Virus record (IMG/VR): IMGVR_UViG_3300018080_005419
DNA length: 64,000 bases
From: a virus
Reading direction: 5' to 3' (one strand)
Shown piece after piece: positions 37,652 to 46,319 of the stretch. Every line of letters starts with the position of its first letter. The first letter of the stretch is position 1. The position numbers were made by a program, and so were the translations under genes. A model generated the notes under the pieces. That model saw nothing but the letters and a program-made list of their open reading frames with translations. It searched no databases and was not told where the DNA came from.

Positions 37652-38167
37652 TTAGCTTTTCCATTTCCAACCATAAAATGTTGATCTATAAACATCTGGT
37701 TTTACAAAAAATACATCTTCTCCAATTTCTTCAACATTAGGCAAACAATCCTGATCTAATCTTGTTGTCCAGTTTACTTGAGAACCTTTAAATGGACCGT
37801 CTTGGAAAACAGCTTCTCCATCTATAAATTTAACTTTTGCTTGTACTGGAATATCACTAAGCATAGGACGAATCTCAATTAAACATCTTTTCTTTTGTGT
37901 AGCGCTGGCATTATGTACTTCTATTCTATATTGCTTATTATATTTCCTTTTTAGTTTTTTAACTGCTCTACGAATATCGTTCATTAAACCATTACATTCA
38001 AATGTCCCGTGATTTGGATTCTTACATATAATAACTACACCATTTAAAGATGAAATTTGCGACATAACATCTTCAAATACATCTTTAGGAACTTTAAGAT
38101 ATTTTGCTGCTTTTCTGATTGTTTCTTCTTGCAGCATCATAGCTAGATATATTTTGCGTTTGGACAT
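37652..38167 (-). CDS. hypothetical protein (171 aa)
   Basis: ATG behind AAGGA; tiled in the operon. Confidence 0.7.
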   Translation of the reverse strand: MSKRKIYLAMMLQEETIRKAAKYLKVPKDVFEDVMSQISSLNGVVIICKNPNHGTFECNGLMNDIRRAVKKLKRKYNKQYRIEVHNASATQKKRCLIEIRPMLSDIPVQAKVKFIDGEAVFQDGPFKGSQVNWTTRLDQDCLPNVEEIGEDVFFVKPDVYRSTFYGWKWKS

Positions 38168-38180
38168 TTTATGAATCCTT

Positions 38181-38765
38181 CTAAAATAGCTGGAATAATA
38201 AAACTTTTTTGAAAAGATTAGAAAGAATTCCGCCAGTTTTCAATTCTTCTGTATTATTATCTTTAGGAATAACATCGGTACTGGATTTTCCTTTTGCTAC
38301 ATTAAGTCCCAAAGATTCTGCTAAATCATTAATAGAATTTTCACCCTTAATAAAAACATCTACTCCAGGAAGCATATTTTCAATTTGTTTAGCTCTTTTA
38401 ACTCTTCCTGTACTGACAATATATGGAATATCTTGATGCTCTTGGTCTAGATATTTAGCTAAAGAAAATCCATCAGCATTTTTTCCTTCACCTTCTAATC
38501 CCAAATCGATAACAATTGCTTTAACTTTATCTCCATTTCCATATTCTTCAATTCTCTTTTTTGCTTCACTTACATTTTTAGCGCTGACAATTTCAAATAT
38601 TTCGCCTCTAGAATTGAATAGTCTTTTAATCAATTCAACAGCTTCTTCTTTATCATCAACAACAATAAAAACACCTTCTCTTTCGTGTATTCTAATTCTT
38701 TTAGAGGCACGGAAATATTTCTGAAGTTCACTGTTCATTTGGGAAAAGTTTGTTTTGTTTTGCAT
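38181..38765 (-). CDS. single-domain response regulator (receiver) protein
   Basis: Acidic pocket FIVVDDKEE, phosphoacceptor AIVIDLGLEG...DGFSLAKYL, then VSTGR and the conserved Lys in VFIKGE. No DNA-binding output domain. Confidence 0.8.
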   Translation of the reverse strand: MQNKTNFSQMNSELQKYFRASKRIRIHEREGVFIVVDDKEEAVELIKRLFNSRGEIFEIVSAKNVSEAKKRIEEYGNGDKVKAIVIDLGLEGEGKNADGFSLAKYLDQEHQDIPYIVSTGRVKRAKQIENMLPGVDVFIKGENSINDLAESLGLNVAKGKSSTDVIPKDNNTEELKTGGILSNLFKKVLLFQLF

Positions 38766-38767
38766 TT

Positions 38768-39148
38768 TTATTCTCTTTCTCTATTGCACTCTCTCATTAC
38801 CTTTTCAATTTCAGTCAAAGTTTCAACCGCTTTCTTTTCTCTTACCTTAGATTCACGCAAAGCTCTTTTAACGGTTTCCATTGTTTTGGTTGATTCTCCA
38901 ATTAGAGCCACCATCTGTTTATATGCATCATTTAAATTTCTTTGTGCTTCTTTTCTCTCGCTTCTTTGTGTAAAATATAAATAAGCAATTGCTGAAGCTA
39001 ATATACTAATTACTCCACCAAATACTTTTAAATAAGTACTGTCTAATTGTGTTAACACCTGTTTTGTAACAATATCTGCTACAAATTGCGCAAAAACTTT
39101 TAGATCTGCTAGGCTTGTATTTGTTAGTTGTTCAATAGGTTCTGCCAT
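38768..39148 (-). CDS. single-TM membrane protein, holin-like (BhlA-type topology)
   Basis: One hydrophobic segment VFGGVISILASAIAYLYF followed by a charged coiled-coil tail. Confidence 0.4.
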   Translation of the reverse strand: MAEPIEQLTNTSLADLKVFAQFVADIVTKQVLTQLDSTYLKVFGGVISILASAIAYLYFTQRSERKEAQRNLNDAYKQMVALIGESTKTMETVKRALRESKVREKKAVETLTEIEKVMRECNRERE

Positions 39149-39158
39149 TTCAAATTCC

Positions 39159-41321
39159 TTATAAATCTAACAATTCTTGTACTTTAGAAACAAAATCTGA
39201 TAAATCAAATGGCTTATATAAAAATTCATCATATTCTGTTTCTTCTAAATTTTCTTGTTGTATTCTTCCGGTTAATATCATGACTTTTGGTTTTATTCCT
39301 TTACATTTAGACAATTTATTCAAAAATTCTATTCCAGTCATTTTGGGCATTTGTATGTCGGTTACAACTAATTCAAAAGGATTCTTCTCGTGTTCTTCAA
39401 GTGCTTCGTATCCATCATCTCCAGAAAAGACCTCATAATTATATGTTTTCAATGTTTGTGTTAAGAGCTTACATAATTCAAATTCATCGTCTAATACCAA
39501 CACTCTTTTGTTTTTGCCATTTTTAATAACAACAGTATTGCTTTTTTCTTCTTCTGTGTCTTTTTGAATTGGATTTTTGTTTTCATCTGATGGATTTTCA
39601 AATGTTAAAGTAAAAGTAGTACCAACATTTATTTCACTTTCAACAGATATTTCACCGCCATTCTTTTTCATTATCAAACTGCACATTGCCAAACCAAGTC
39701 CATTACCTGTAAATTTCTTTTGCGATTCTTCTCTGGCGAATGAACCCTTTGTGCTGAAAAATGGGTCAAATAATTTCTTTTGATCTTCTTCACTAATGCC
39801 ATGTCCAGTATCTGATATTTTTAAACATATGTTTTTGTCGTTGCTCTCTATATGAAATGAAACAGTTTTTTCAGGTCGATTATTTACAGCATGTCTTGCA
39901 TTTAGGACAATATTAAGAATTGCCTGTTTTACTTGGGCTGGGTCTGCAAATATAGTATATTGTTTTTCATTTGTCTTATCTGCAGAATCGAAATTGGATA
40001 TAAATTCTATTCCTTCACTTGAAAATTCTTTATGTACCAAGGATTTTGTATTCTCAACTAACTCCAACAAAGAAACCATTTTTTTGTTTATTCCATTTGC
40101 ATTTTCTCTTGCATAGTCTAGTAAACCCTTTGTAACCTCAGCGCCACGAGATATCATTTTTCTAACTGTTTTAAGACTTTCTAATGCTGTGTCTGAAATT
40201 CCTGGCATATTTAACACAATATCAAGATTACACATTGCTATAGAATTAATGTTATTATATTCATGTGCTATACCTGCTGCCAATGTACCTGCTGATGCCA
40301 AAGCAGCAGAACGGATAAGGGCTTTTTCAATTTCTTTTCTTTGTTCTACTTCTGCTTGCAGTTCTAAGAAGTGTTTTTGTTTTTCTTCTTTGTGTTTGAC
40401 TCTTTCTATTTCAACAATTTTTTCTATTTCTATATCGCGAACCAAAAACATAGCACCATCAACCTTTTCATCTCCGACAATTGGTGATATTTTTATTTTA
40501 ACATGAGTGTTTTTTCCACTAACAGATTCTAAAATAAATTGTTCTTGTGTGTCAATTTGCTCTGCATTGCCAATCACTCTTTCAAATATATTTTCAGTTA
40601 TATTGTTTTTAGCATCATTTTTTAAACTAATTATATTTCGAATATCTTTGTATAGAATCTCCTCATTAGATAGACCAAAAATTTCTTGAGCGATATTATT
40701 AACTCTTCGCACTCTCATTTTTCTATCAATAATAACAACACCTTCCATAGAAGATTGCATCATTGTTTCAAGATCGCACTCACATCGACCTAATGCTTCT
40801 TCTATTATTTCGCCTTTTTCAACAATTTTCACAAGGTCAGAAAAAGTGTGAACAAGCTCTAGACAATCAATATTGAAAGGCTGAGCACTTTTAAAAACAA
40901 AGCAAATAACTCCAACAACATAAGAATCTACAATAACCTTGCAACCCACTACTCCTTTAAGATTATTATCAATATTCACATTTAAAGCAGAAACATCGGA
41001 TGGTTTGTTATAGATCTTCTTACACACATCGATAATTGCACTTTTATCTTTTATATCTTTTGTTTTAGCTGACAGTTCAATTTCACCGTCAGATTTTAAA
41101 AATGCATAAAAAGCAGCTTCAGCATCTATTATACGTGCCATTATTTGAAGAGGCCCTGCTAATACTTCACCACATAAGTCAGGGCCATGTGGCAATTGGT
41201 TTTCTTGAAATACGCTTCTTCTATTTTGAAAACAGAAATTACAGGAGTGTTTTTCTCTATTTTTAAAGAATAGATAAACAACCAGAAATGTAAGAATAAT
41301 AGAAGTAACACAATAAAACAT
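39159..41321 (-). CDS. hybrid sensor histidine kinase (TM anchor, GAF-like, PAS, HisKA, HATPase_c, REC)
   Basis: H-box AAGIAHEYNN, N-box QAILNIVLNARHA, G1 ISDTGHGI, F-box FDPFFSTKG, G2 GNGLGLAM. PAS segment EGVVIIDRKMRVRRVNNIAQEIFG. REC domain VLDDE...TDIQMPKMTG...LTG...KPF. Confidence 0.93.
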   Translation of the reverse strand: MFYCVTSIILTFLVVYLFFKNREKHSCNFCFQNRRSVFQENQLPHGPDLCGEVLAGPLQIMARIIDAEAAFYAFLKSDGEIELSAKTKDIKDKSAIIDVCKKIYNKPSDVSALNVNIDNNLKGVVGCKVIVDSYVVGVICFVFKSAQPFNIDCLELVHTFSDLVKIVEKGEIIEEALGRCECDLETMMQSSMEGVVIIDRKMRVRRVNNIAQEIFGLSNEEILYKDIRNIISLKNDAKNNITENIFERVIGNAEQIDTQEQFILESVSGKNTHVKIKISPIVGDEKVDGAMFLVRDIEIEKIVEIERVKHKEEKQKHFLELQAEVEQRKEIEKALIRSAALASAGTLAAGIAHEYNNINSIAMCNLDIVLNMPGISDTALESLKTVRKMISRGAEVTKGLLDYARENANGINKKMVSLLELVENTKSLVHKEFSSEGIEFISNFDSADKTNEKQYTIFADPAQVKQAILNIVLNARHAVNNRPEKTVSFHIESNDKNICLKISDTGHGISEEDQKKLFDPFFSTKGSFAREESQKKFTGNGLGLAMCSLIMKKNGGEISVESEINVGTTFTLTFENPSDENKNPIQKDTEEEKSNTVVIKNGKNKRVLVLDDEFELCKLLTQTLKTYNYEVFSGDDGYEALEEHEKNPFELVVTDIQMPKMTGIEFLNKLSKCKGIKPKVMILTGRIQQENLEETEYDEFLYKPFDLSDFVSKVQELLDL

Positions 41322-41335
41322 ACTAAAACCTCACA

Positions 41336-41374
41336 AAATTAAAGGATCACCGCAAAAGGTTAACGATGATCCTT
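41336..41374 (-). terminator. probable Rho-independent terminator just upstream of the kinase gene
   Basis: Minus strand: AAGGATCATCG...CGGTGATCCTT (11-bp stem with one G-U pair), then TAATTTT. Confidence 0.55.
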
Positions 41375-41396
41375 GCAATTCTTTCTGTCTTATTTA

Positions 41397-42299
41397 TTAA
41401 TCTCGGACCTTAATGGTTTTCTTTATTAAATTGGAGAGATACTGCAAGGCTTCATTTGTGCTGGCAAAAGTTAATTCATCCTCATCTAAAAGACAATTAA
41501 GATATTGTTTTGCGTCTTCTTGGCTGCTAAAAATAATTTGCGATTGTCCATTTTCATTGTAATTATGAACAGATGCAACACGATCTACAATAACTGGCGT
41601 ATGTTTATTACCCATATAATCTAAGACGGGAACATTTTCTTTTTCAAAAAACGTTTGATTCAATTTCTTTTTAGCATCTGTTAATTGTTCTTGTTTTTCC
41701 TCTTCATTTTTAGGCTTTGGTTTATGATATTTTTTCTGATACCAATCTAAAACCAACTCAATATATTCTTTTATTTCTCCCTCTTTTAATTCTGGTTTTC
41801 TTTGCACAATAAAATCTATTGGTTTATCTATAAGTTCTGCAATTTGATCGCCAATATGTTGGTTTCCTTCTTCATCAACCCAGCCAAAATGCATAGCAGC
41901 AGTTTTTGGTTTACCTTTATTGGCAATTTCCCTATCTTTGCGATGGTATAATTCTCTAAGAATACTCTGCGCTCTCTTAATTTCTTTTCTGCGACTACGA
42001 GACAATCTTTTTCCTGCCCTGTTCAAATATAATTGGATTTTTGCAACTGCTGATTGAAATGTTGGAGCTTTGCGTTTTACTTCAATTGCGATTTCTTCTG
42101 CTGTATTATTGCCTGAAAAAGTACCTTCTTCCTCTTCAACAGTATCCCTAGTGGTGAGTTCCTGAATCCAACGGGGACCACCCTTGTGTATTTTCTTTTG
42201 ACTCTTGCTCTTACTTTTAGGAGTTTTCTTTTTGCTAGTGGTTTTCTTTTTACCTTTAGCAACCCTAAAACGGCAATGTTTATCTTCATCAAGCGCCAT
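41397..42299 (-). CDS. DUF3175-like domain protein
   Basis: PRWIQE...EEGTFS...AEEIA...TFQSAVAKIQLYLNRAGKRLSRSRRKEIKRAQSILRELY matches the DUF3175 pattern. ATG at 42299 lies behind GGAG. Confidence 0.6.
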   Translation of the reverse strand: MALDEDKHCRFRVAKGKKKTTSKKKTPKSKSKSQKKIHKGGPRWIQELTTRDTVEEEEGTFSGNNTAEEIAIEVKRKAPTFQSAVAKIQLYLNRAGKRLSRSRRKEIKRAQSILRELYHRKDREIANKGKPKTAAMHFGWVDEEGNQHIGDQIAELIDKPIDFIVQRKPELKEGEIKEYIELVLDWYQKKYHKPKPKNEEEKQEQLTDAKKKLNQTFFEKENVPVLDYMGNKHTPVIVDRVASVHNYNENGQSQIIFSSQEDAKQYLNCLLDEDELTFASTNEALQYLSNLIKKTIKVRD

Positions 42300-42424
42300 A
42301 GGTTTATCTCCAACAAGCATTAATGCAAATCTCTACATATATAATCTAGATTATAAAAGAAAATTAAAAATATTAAAGTGTTGTCGAAAATTATGTCGAT
42401 AAATTCAAGTTGTTAAAATTAAAA

Positions 42425-42433
42425 TGATAAAAT
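42425..42433 (+). promoter_or_regulatory. possible extended -10 promoter for the 3D-domain gene
   Basis: TGATAAAAT (TGn + TAAAAT) about 27 nt upstream of the start. Confidence 0.35.
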
Positions 42434-42459
42434 AGCTAAAAGAAAGGAATTTGTCAATT

Positions 42460-42852
42460 ATGTTTAGGATACTTGTTGGTTTTATTCTTATTTTGAGTTA
42501 TTCTGGCAATATTAATAATGATAAAAAGCCATATTATGTTGAGGTAAGGGCAACAGCATATTGTCCTTGTGAAAAATGTTGTGGAAAATTTGCAGACGGT
42601 ACAACATCAACAGGTAGAGACGCTTATTTACCAGGAATAGCAGTAGATCCAAAGAAAATACCCTTAGGAAGCCATGTGGATATTCCAGGATACAAAAGAG
42701 GCCCAAATAAAAATGGTTCTTGGATTTTATGTGACGATGTAGGTGGAAAAATTAAAGACTGGCATATAGATGTTCGATTTAAAACACATCAAGAAGCTTT
42801 AAACTGGGGTGTAAAAAGGGTTAAGATTCGAGTGCATCCTAAAGCAAACTAG
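42460..42852 (+). CDS. 3D (Asp-Asp-Asp) domain protein, MltA-like lytic transglycosylase fold, with an N-terminal signal/anchor
   Basis: VRATAYC....CCGK...GTTSTG, IAVDPKKIPLGSHVDIPGY, CDDVGGKIK..HIDVRF..HQEALNWG. Hydrophobic N-terminus. Confidence 0.88.
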   Translation: MFRILVGFILILSYSGNINNDKKPYYVEVRATAYCPCEKCCGKFADGTTSTGRDAYLPGIAVDPKKIPLGSHVDIPGYKRGPNKNGSWILCDDVGGKIKDWHIDVRFKTHQEALNWGVKRVKIRVHPKAN

Positions 42853-43222
42853 CTATTTTAAGGATTCTAGCCACTCTTTTATAGCGGTATTTAGGACGGA
42901 TATAACGATTAAAATATCTTCCTTTAGAGGGCGCTTCAAGTAACTTCTGTACTATTTCTTCTGGAACATTAGCGTACTGAAATATACCTCTTTTATGGAA
43001 TCTAATCTCCAGCAATCTTTTACGTTTATTATATCGAATACTATCTATTGTTCGTGAATCATTGCCTATTTCGAACTCTTTAAATCCTGTCCACTTTTCT
43101 TTAATCCAATCTTTAACTCTTTGTAGAATTCCGCCCTGAGCAATAATAATTTTAACATCACCAGTATAATCTGATGATGTCAAAAGTTTAGAAGACCTGA
43201 CTATATAAATTTCATTAGCCAT
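42839..43222 (-). CDS. KTSC domain protein
   Basis: SRTIDSIRYNKRKRLLEIRFH.RGIFQYANVPEEIVQKLLEAPSKGRYFNRYIR. Confidence 0.88.
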   Translation of the reverse strand: MANEIYIVRSSKLLTSSDYTGDVKIIIAQGGILQRVKDWIKEKWTGFKEFEIGNDSRTIDSIRYNKRKRLLEIRFHKRGIFQYANVPEEIVQKLLEAPSKGRYFNRYIRPKYRYKRVARILKIASLL

Positions 43223-43571
43223 TTGTGTTATTTTTATTTTCCCACTCCTCTGCCATCATTTGTTTTGCAAGCATTCTACCTACATAGCTTTCACGAGATA
43301 GTTTTGAGGCAATCTTTTTATATGGGTATTTATCAGGGTCACTTCGAATGTTTTTATAGAAGTATTTTCCGTATGATTCTGCATCTAATAAATTTTGAAC
43401 AGTTTTAGGATCTACATTTTCATATTGATACTCTCTGTCGCCTTTAAAGCGAATTTTAAGAATTTTTTTATTTTCGTCATATTGGATAGCTGTAATAGAG
43501 CTAGATCCCTCTAATTTCTTCCAATCCTTTATATCTTCAAGAGTCAATTTTGGTTTTTCATCATTAGGCAT
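43215..43571 (-). CDS. KTSC domain protein
   Basis: SSSITAIQYDENKKILKIRF.GDREYQYENVD...VQNLLDAESYGKYFYKNIR. ATG at 43571 lies behind AGGAG. Confidence 0.88.
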   Translation of the reverse strand: MPNDEKPKLTLEDIKDWKKLEGSSSITAIQYDENKKILKIRFKGDREYQYENVDPKTVQNLLDAESYGKYFYKNIRSDPDKYPYKKIASKLSRESYVGRMLAKQMMAEEWENKNNTNG

Positions 43572-43620
43572 AACTGTATCTCCTTGTTGAATCAATTGTT
43601 TAAGTGTCTTCTTCTAATGG

Positions 43621-43668
43621 ATAAAAAATAAAAAGAAAATGACAGTCTAAAATTGATTGTCATTTTCT
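43621..43668 (-). terminator. Rho-independent terminator
   Basis: Minus strand: AGAAAATGACA...TGTCATTTTCT followed by TTTTATTTTTT. Confidence 0.7.
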
Positions 43669-43695
43669 TAATATAAACTGTTATGTGAAAAAACT

Positions 43696-44013
43696 TTATG
43701 AAATTTTAAACTCTTCTCCTAATTTGTCAACTTCCACAACAATTTTAACAATCTCTGAATCATTTAAGAAAAAACAGCCAATTTTAATAGGTTTTCCAAA
43801 CAGATCTACTTTGCTGTCAAACTTCATATCAGTCCAAACTATATTGTCTTTTTGAAGGATAAAAATTCTTCCTTTGAAACTATCAGTAATAAAATCTTCT
43901 TCTACTTTATAAAAAGAAAAGTTATCTTTGAAATTATCTATGATTACTTTAGGAAGAACTATCTCCATCTTTCTCTCCAATCCAATCTCTAAATTTTTGA
44001 AACGCTTCTTCAT
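43696..44013 (-). CDS. hypothetical protein (105 aa)
   Basis: ATGA overlap with the tmk stop codon. Confidence 0.65.
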   Translation of the reverse strand: MKKRFKNLEIGLERKMEIVLPKVIIDNFKDNFSFYKVEEDFITDSFKGRIFILQKDNIVWTDMKFDSKVDLFGKPIKIGCFFLNDSEIVKIVVEVDKLGEEFKIS

Positions 44014-44630
44014 AGTTTAAAAATACTTTCGAGAATATTGTAAGTATCTTTTGCCACATCCTCAATCGACCTTGTTGCATCTACTAAATAAATATTGCTT
44101 CGTTGTTTTTGAAAATCTAAATATCTTTGCCTAACTGCTTCGAATAATTGGTCGCTCTTGCTCTCCATTCTGTCGCGTTTTTTCCCTGATCTTTCTCGGG
44201 CAACATTTACAGGAACGTCATATAGAATATACCAATCAGGCTCTAACCTTCCATTTAATACGGAACAAACTCTAAGAATATCAGCATCATCTTTCCAATC
44301 ACCAAAGACATATTGATAGACTTCTGTAGAAAGGTTATAACGGTCACAAAGAACATTTACTCCGCTACTTACTGCTGGTTCTATGTTTTCAGATAATAAT
44401 TGAGATCTTGCTGCTACATATAATAATAATTCTGCTTCTCTGCACATATTCGCATTTTTATTGTCTAACAGAACTTTTCTGATTTGCATTCCTACATCAG
44501 TACTACCCGGATCTACTTGTGCTGAAACAGGAAGTCCCTTATCTTCTAGAAATTGTTTCGCATGTGTTAACGCTGTACTTTTACCACACCCATCAATACC
44601 CTCAAAAACAATAAATTTTCCTCTATCCAT
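44010..44630 (-). CDS. tmk: thymidylate kinase
   Basis: FIVFEGIDGCGKST P-loop, ELLLYVAARSQL, VLCDRYNLSTEVYQ. Confidence 0.95.
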   Translation of the reverse strand: MDRGKFIVFEGIDGCGKSTALTHAKQFLEDKGLPVSAQVDPGSTDVGMQIRKVLLDNKNANMCREAELLLYVAARSQLLSENIEPAVSSGVNVLCDRYNLSTEVYQYVFGDWKDDADILRVCSVLNGRLEPDWYILYDVPVNVARERSGKKRDRMESKSDQLFEAVRQRYLDFQKQRSNIYLVDATRSIEDVAKDTYNILESIFKL

Positions 44631-45336
44631 GTTTCTTTCCTTTCTTTTTAGCTTTGGATGACCTTTTTAAATTGCCTTCTTCATCTCGTACAAATGGCAA
44701 TTGAAGTCTTTTAGCTAATTGATGCACTATCTTGGCAAAACCTTTAAAACTTCTACATGTGCTAACTAAACCATGCGGATCTTCAAATCGACTATCCTCA
44801 TTGTAAGGTTGTAGACGCTGAACTACATTGATACCTTCATTAATATAATCTTGAATAGTTCTTGGTTGATCTTCTATCGCTAAATCTGCTTCTATATGTT
44901 TGGCGATTGTTCCTTTATTTAAACCAGGACATAAGACAATATGTCCCCATTTAATGTGCTGATCTGGCTCTCTTAAAATAGTACAACCATTAAAGGGTAT
45001 TTTGTGTTTTTCGAAATATTGAATTGTCTTTCTTTTCGCAGATTCAGGACGACTAGATAAATAAATAATATCGTGTAATTTAAATAACTTTTGTAAAACT
45101 TTGGGAACATCTTTGTAGATATCAATAGAATCCCAAAATCCAATTTCAACAAACTCATCGAATGCTTGATAAAACTGATCCTTTGTAAGTTTTACTTCGT
45201 CGTTATATACAAAGTCCCATACAATATAATCTTTAAATTTATAAGCACATCGATATCTGAAATTAAGATATTCAACCATCAATTCGGCAAATCCACAAAT
45301 AACATTATCAATATCTACAAGCAACTTAAGTTTCAT
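44623..45336 (-). CDS. 5'(3')-deoxyribonucleotidase, HAD family (NT5C-like)
   Basis: LLVDIDNVI (DxD), YLSSRP, KG...ADLAIEDQP. Confidence 0.8.
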   Translation of the reverse strand: MKLKLLVDIDNVICGFAELMVEYLNFRYRCAYKFKDYIVWDFVYNDEVKLTKDQFYQAFDEFVEIGFWDSIDIYKDVPKVLQKLFKLHDIIYLSSRPESAKRKTIQYFEKHKIPFNGCTILREPDQHIKWGHIVLCPGLNKGTIAKHIEADLAIEDQPRTIQDYINEGINVVQRLQPYNEDSRFEDPHGLVSTCRSFKGFAKIVHQLAKRLQLPFVRDEEGNLKRSSKAKKKGKKHG

Positions 45337-45341
45337 TTTTA

Positions 45342-46214
45342 TTACTCTTTCTCTTTTGGTAAATCAAATGGCAATTTTGATGTTGTAAAACCAGCTGCCC
45401 CTTTATGTCCTCCTCCTCCATATTTTTCTGCAATTATCGAACAATCTACATGGAGTTGAGTTGAATATATAGAAAAAGTCCACGCTCTACTTCTGCCACA
45501 ATACTGAAAAGAAATCATCGCGTCATAATTTTTGTTTTTAAATATCTGAAATAAAAGAGAGCCTCCATCTCTTCGATTAGCAGCAATACAATTTAAACCT
45601 TCAAATTCTACTTCAAATGCGTATTCTTCTGCGTATTCTTTTCTATATTTTTCAATCGATGCTCTAACTCTTTCGCCAACTATGCACAACTCATCAACTT
45701 TCTTTTTTGCCGACTTACTATTATTTAACACTTCACTCCAAAAATGATTGCTTTCGGGATTTAAATTGGCATATTCTACAAAATCTAAAGCCGCAATTAG
45801 ATTTTTTGTTTGGTCCCCGTGTCTATATTTCCAAGCATCAAAATCTGAAACCAACTTAACAAATAAAGGAATATCTACTTTAGGATAGCAAAAACTCCAA
45901 GTTAAACGGCAAGCAGCTGGATCTGAACTACCTCTTTTCCCACCTAAAAACTCAAAATCTTTAAATTTGCGAATTGAAGAAGCATGGTGGTCAATCCAAA
46001 TAAAGTATGGAGTTAGATTGTGAATATGTTCAAATATTTCTACTTTGTCTGGAGAATAATCAACTACATAAACTTTTTCTTTTTTTGTAATTTTTTCGAC
46101 CGGGAAAGGAAGGTTGTATCCTACGGGAATAAATTTTTTCACTTTGAATTTCTTATTGACAATTGCCGCTGAAGTAATTCCGTCTAAATCGTTGTGATAA
46201 AAGCAAACCGACAT
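45342..46214 (-). CDS. DHH/DHHA1 phosphoesterase
   Basis: YHNDLDGITSA, VVDYS, WIDHH, SDFDAW, GGGGHKGAAGF. Confidence 0.9.
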   Translation of the reverse strand: MSVCFYHNDLDGITSAAIVNKKFKVKKFIPVGYNLPFPVEKITKKEKVYVVDYSPDKVEIFEHIHNLTPYFIWIDHHASSIRKFKDFEFLGGKRGSSDPAACRLTWSFCYPKVDIPLFVKLVSDFDAWKYRHGDQTKNLIAALDFVEYANLNPESNHFWSEVLNNSKSAKKKVDELCIVGERVRASIEKYRKEYAEEYAFEVEFEGLNCIAANRRDGGSLLFQIFKNKNYDAMISFQYCGRSRAWTFSIYSTQLHVDCSIIAEKYGGGGHKGAAGFTTSKLPFDLPKEKE

Positions 46215-46255
46215 CTTTTCTCCTTTCTTATATTATATTCCTGTATTTACATAAG

Positions 46256-46292
46256 TTAAAAGAAAATCCCCAGCATTGTTTCGCCGGGGATT
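46256..46292 (-). terminator. Rho-independent terminator
   Basis: Minus strand: AATCCCCGGC-GAAACAAT-GCTGGGGATT followed by TTCTTTT. Confidence 0.8.
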
Positions 46293-46319
46293 GAACAGAT
46301 TAATTTTAACATTTAACAC

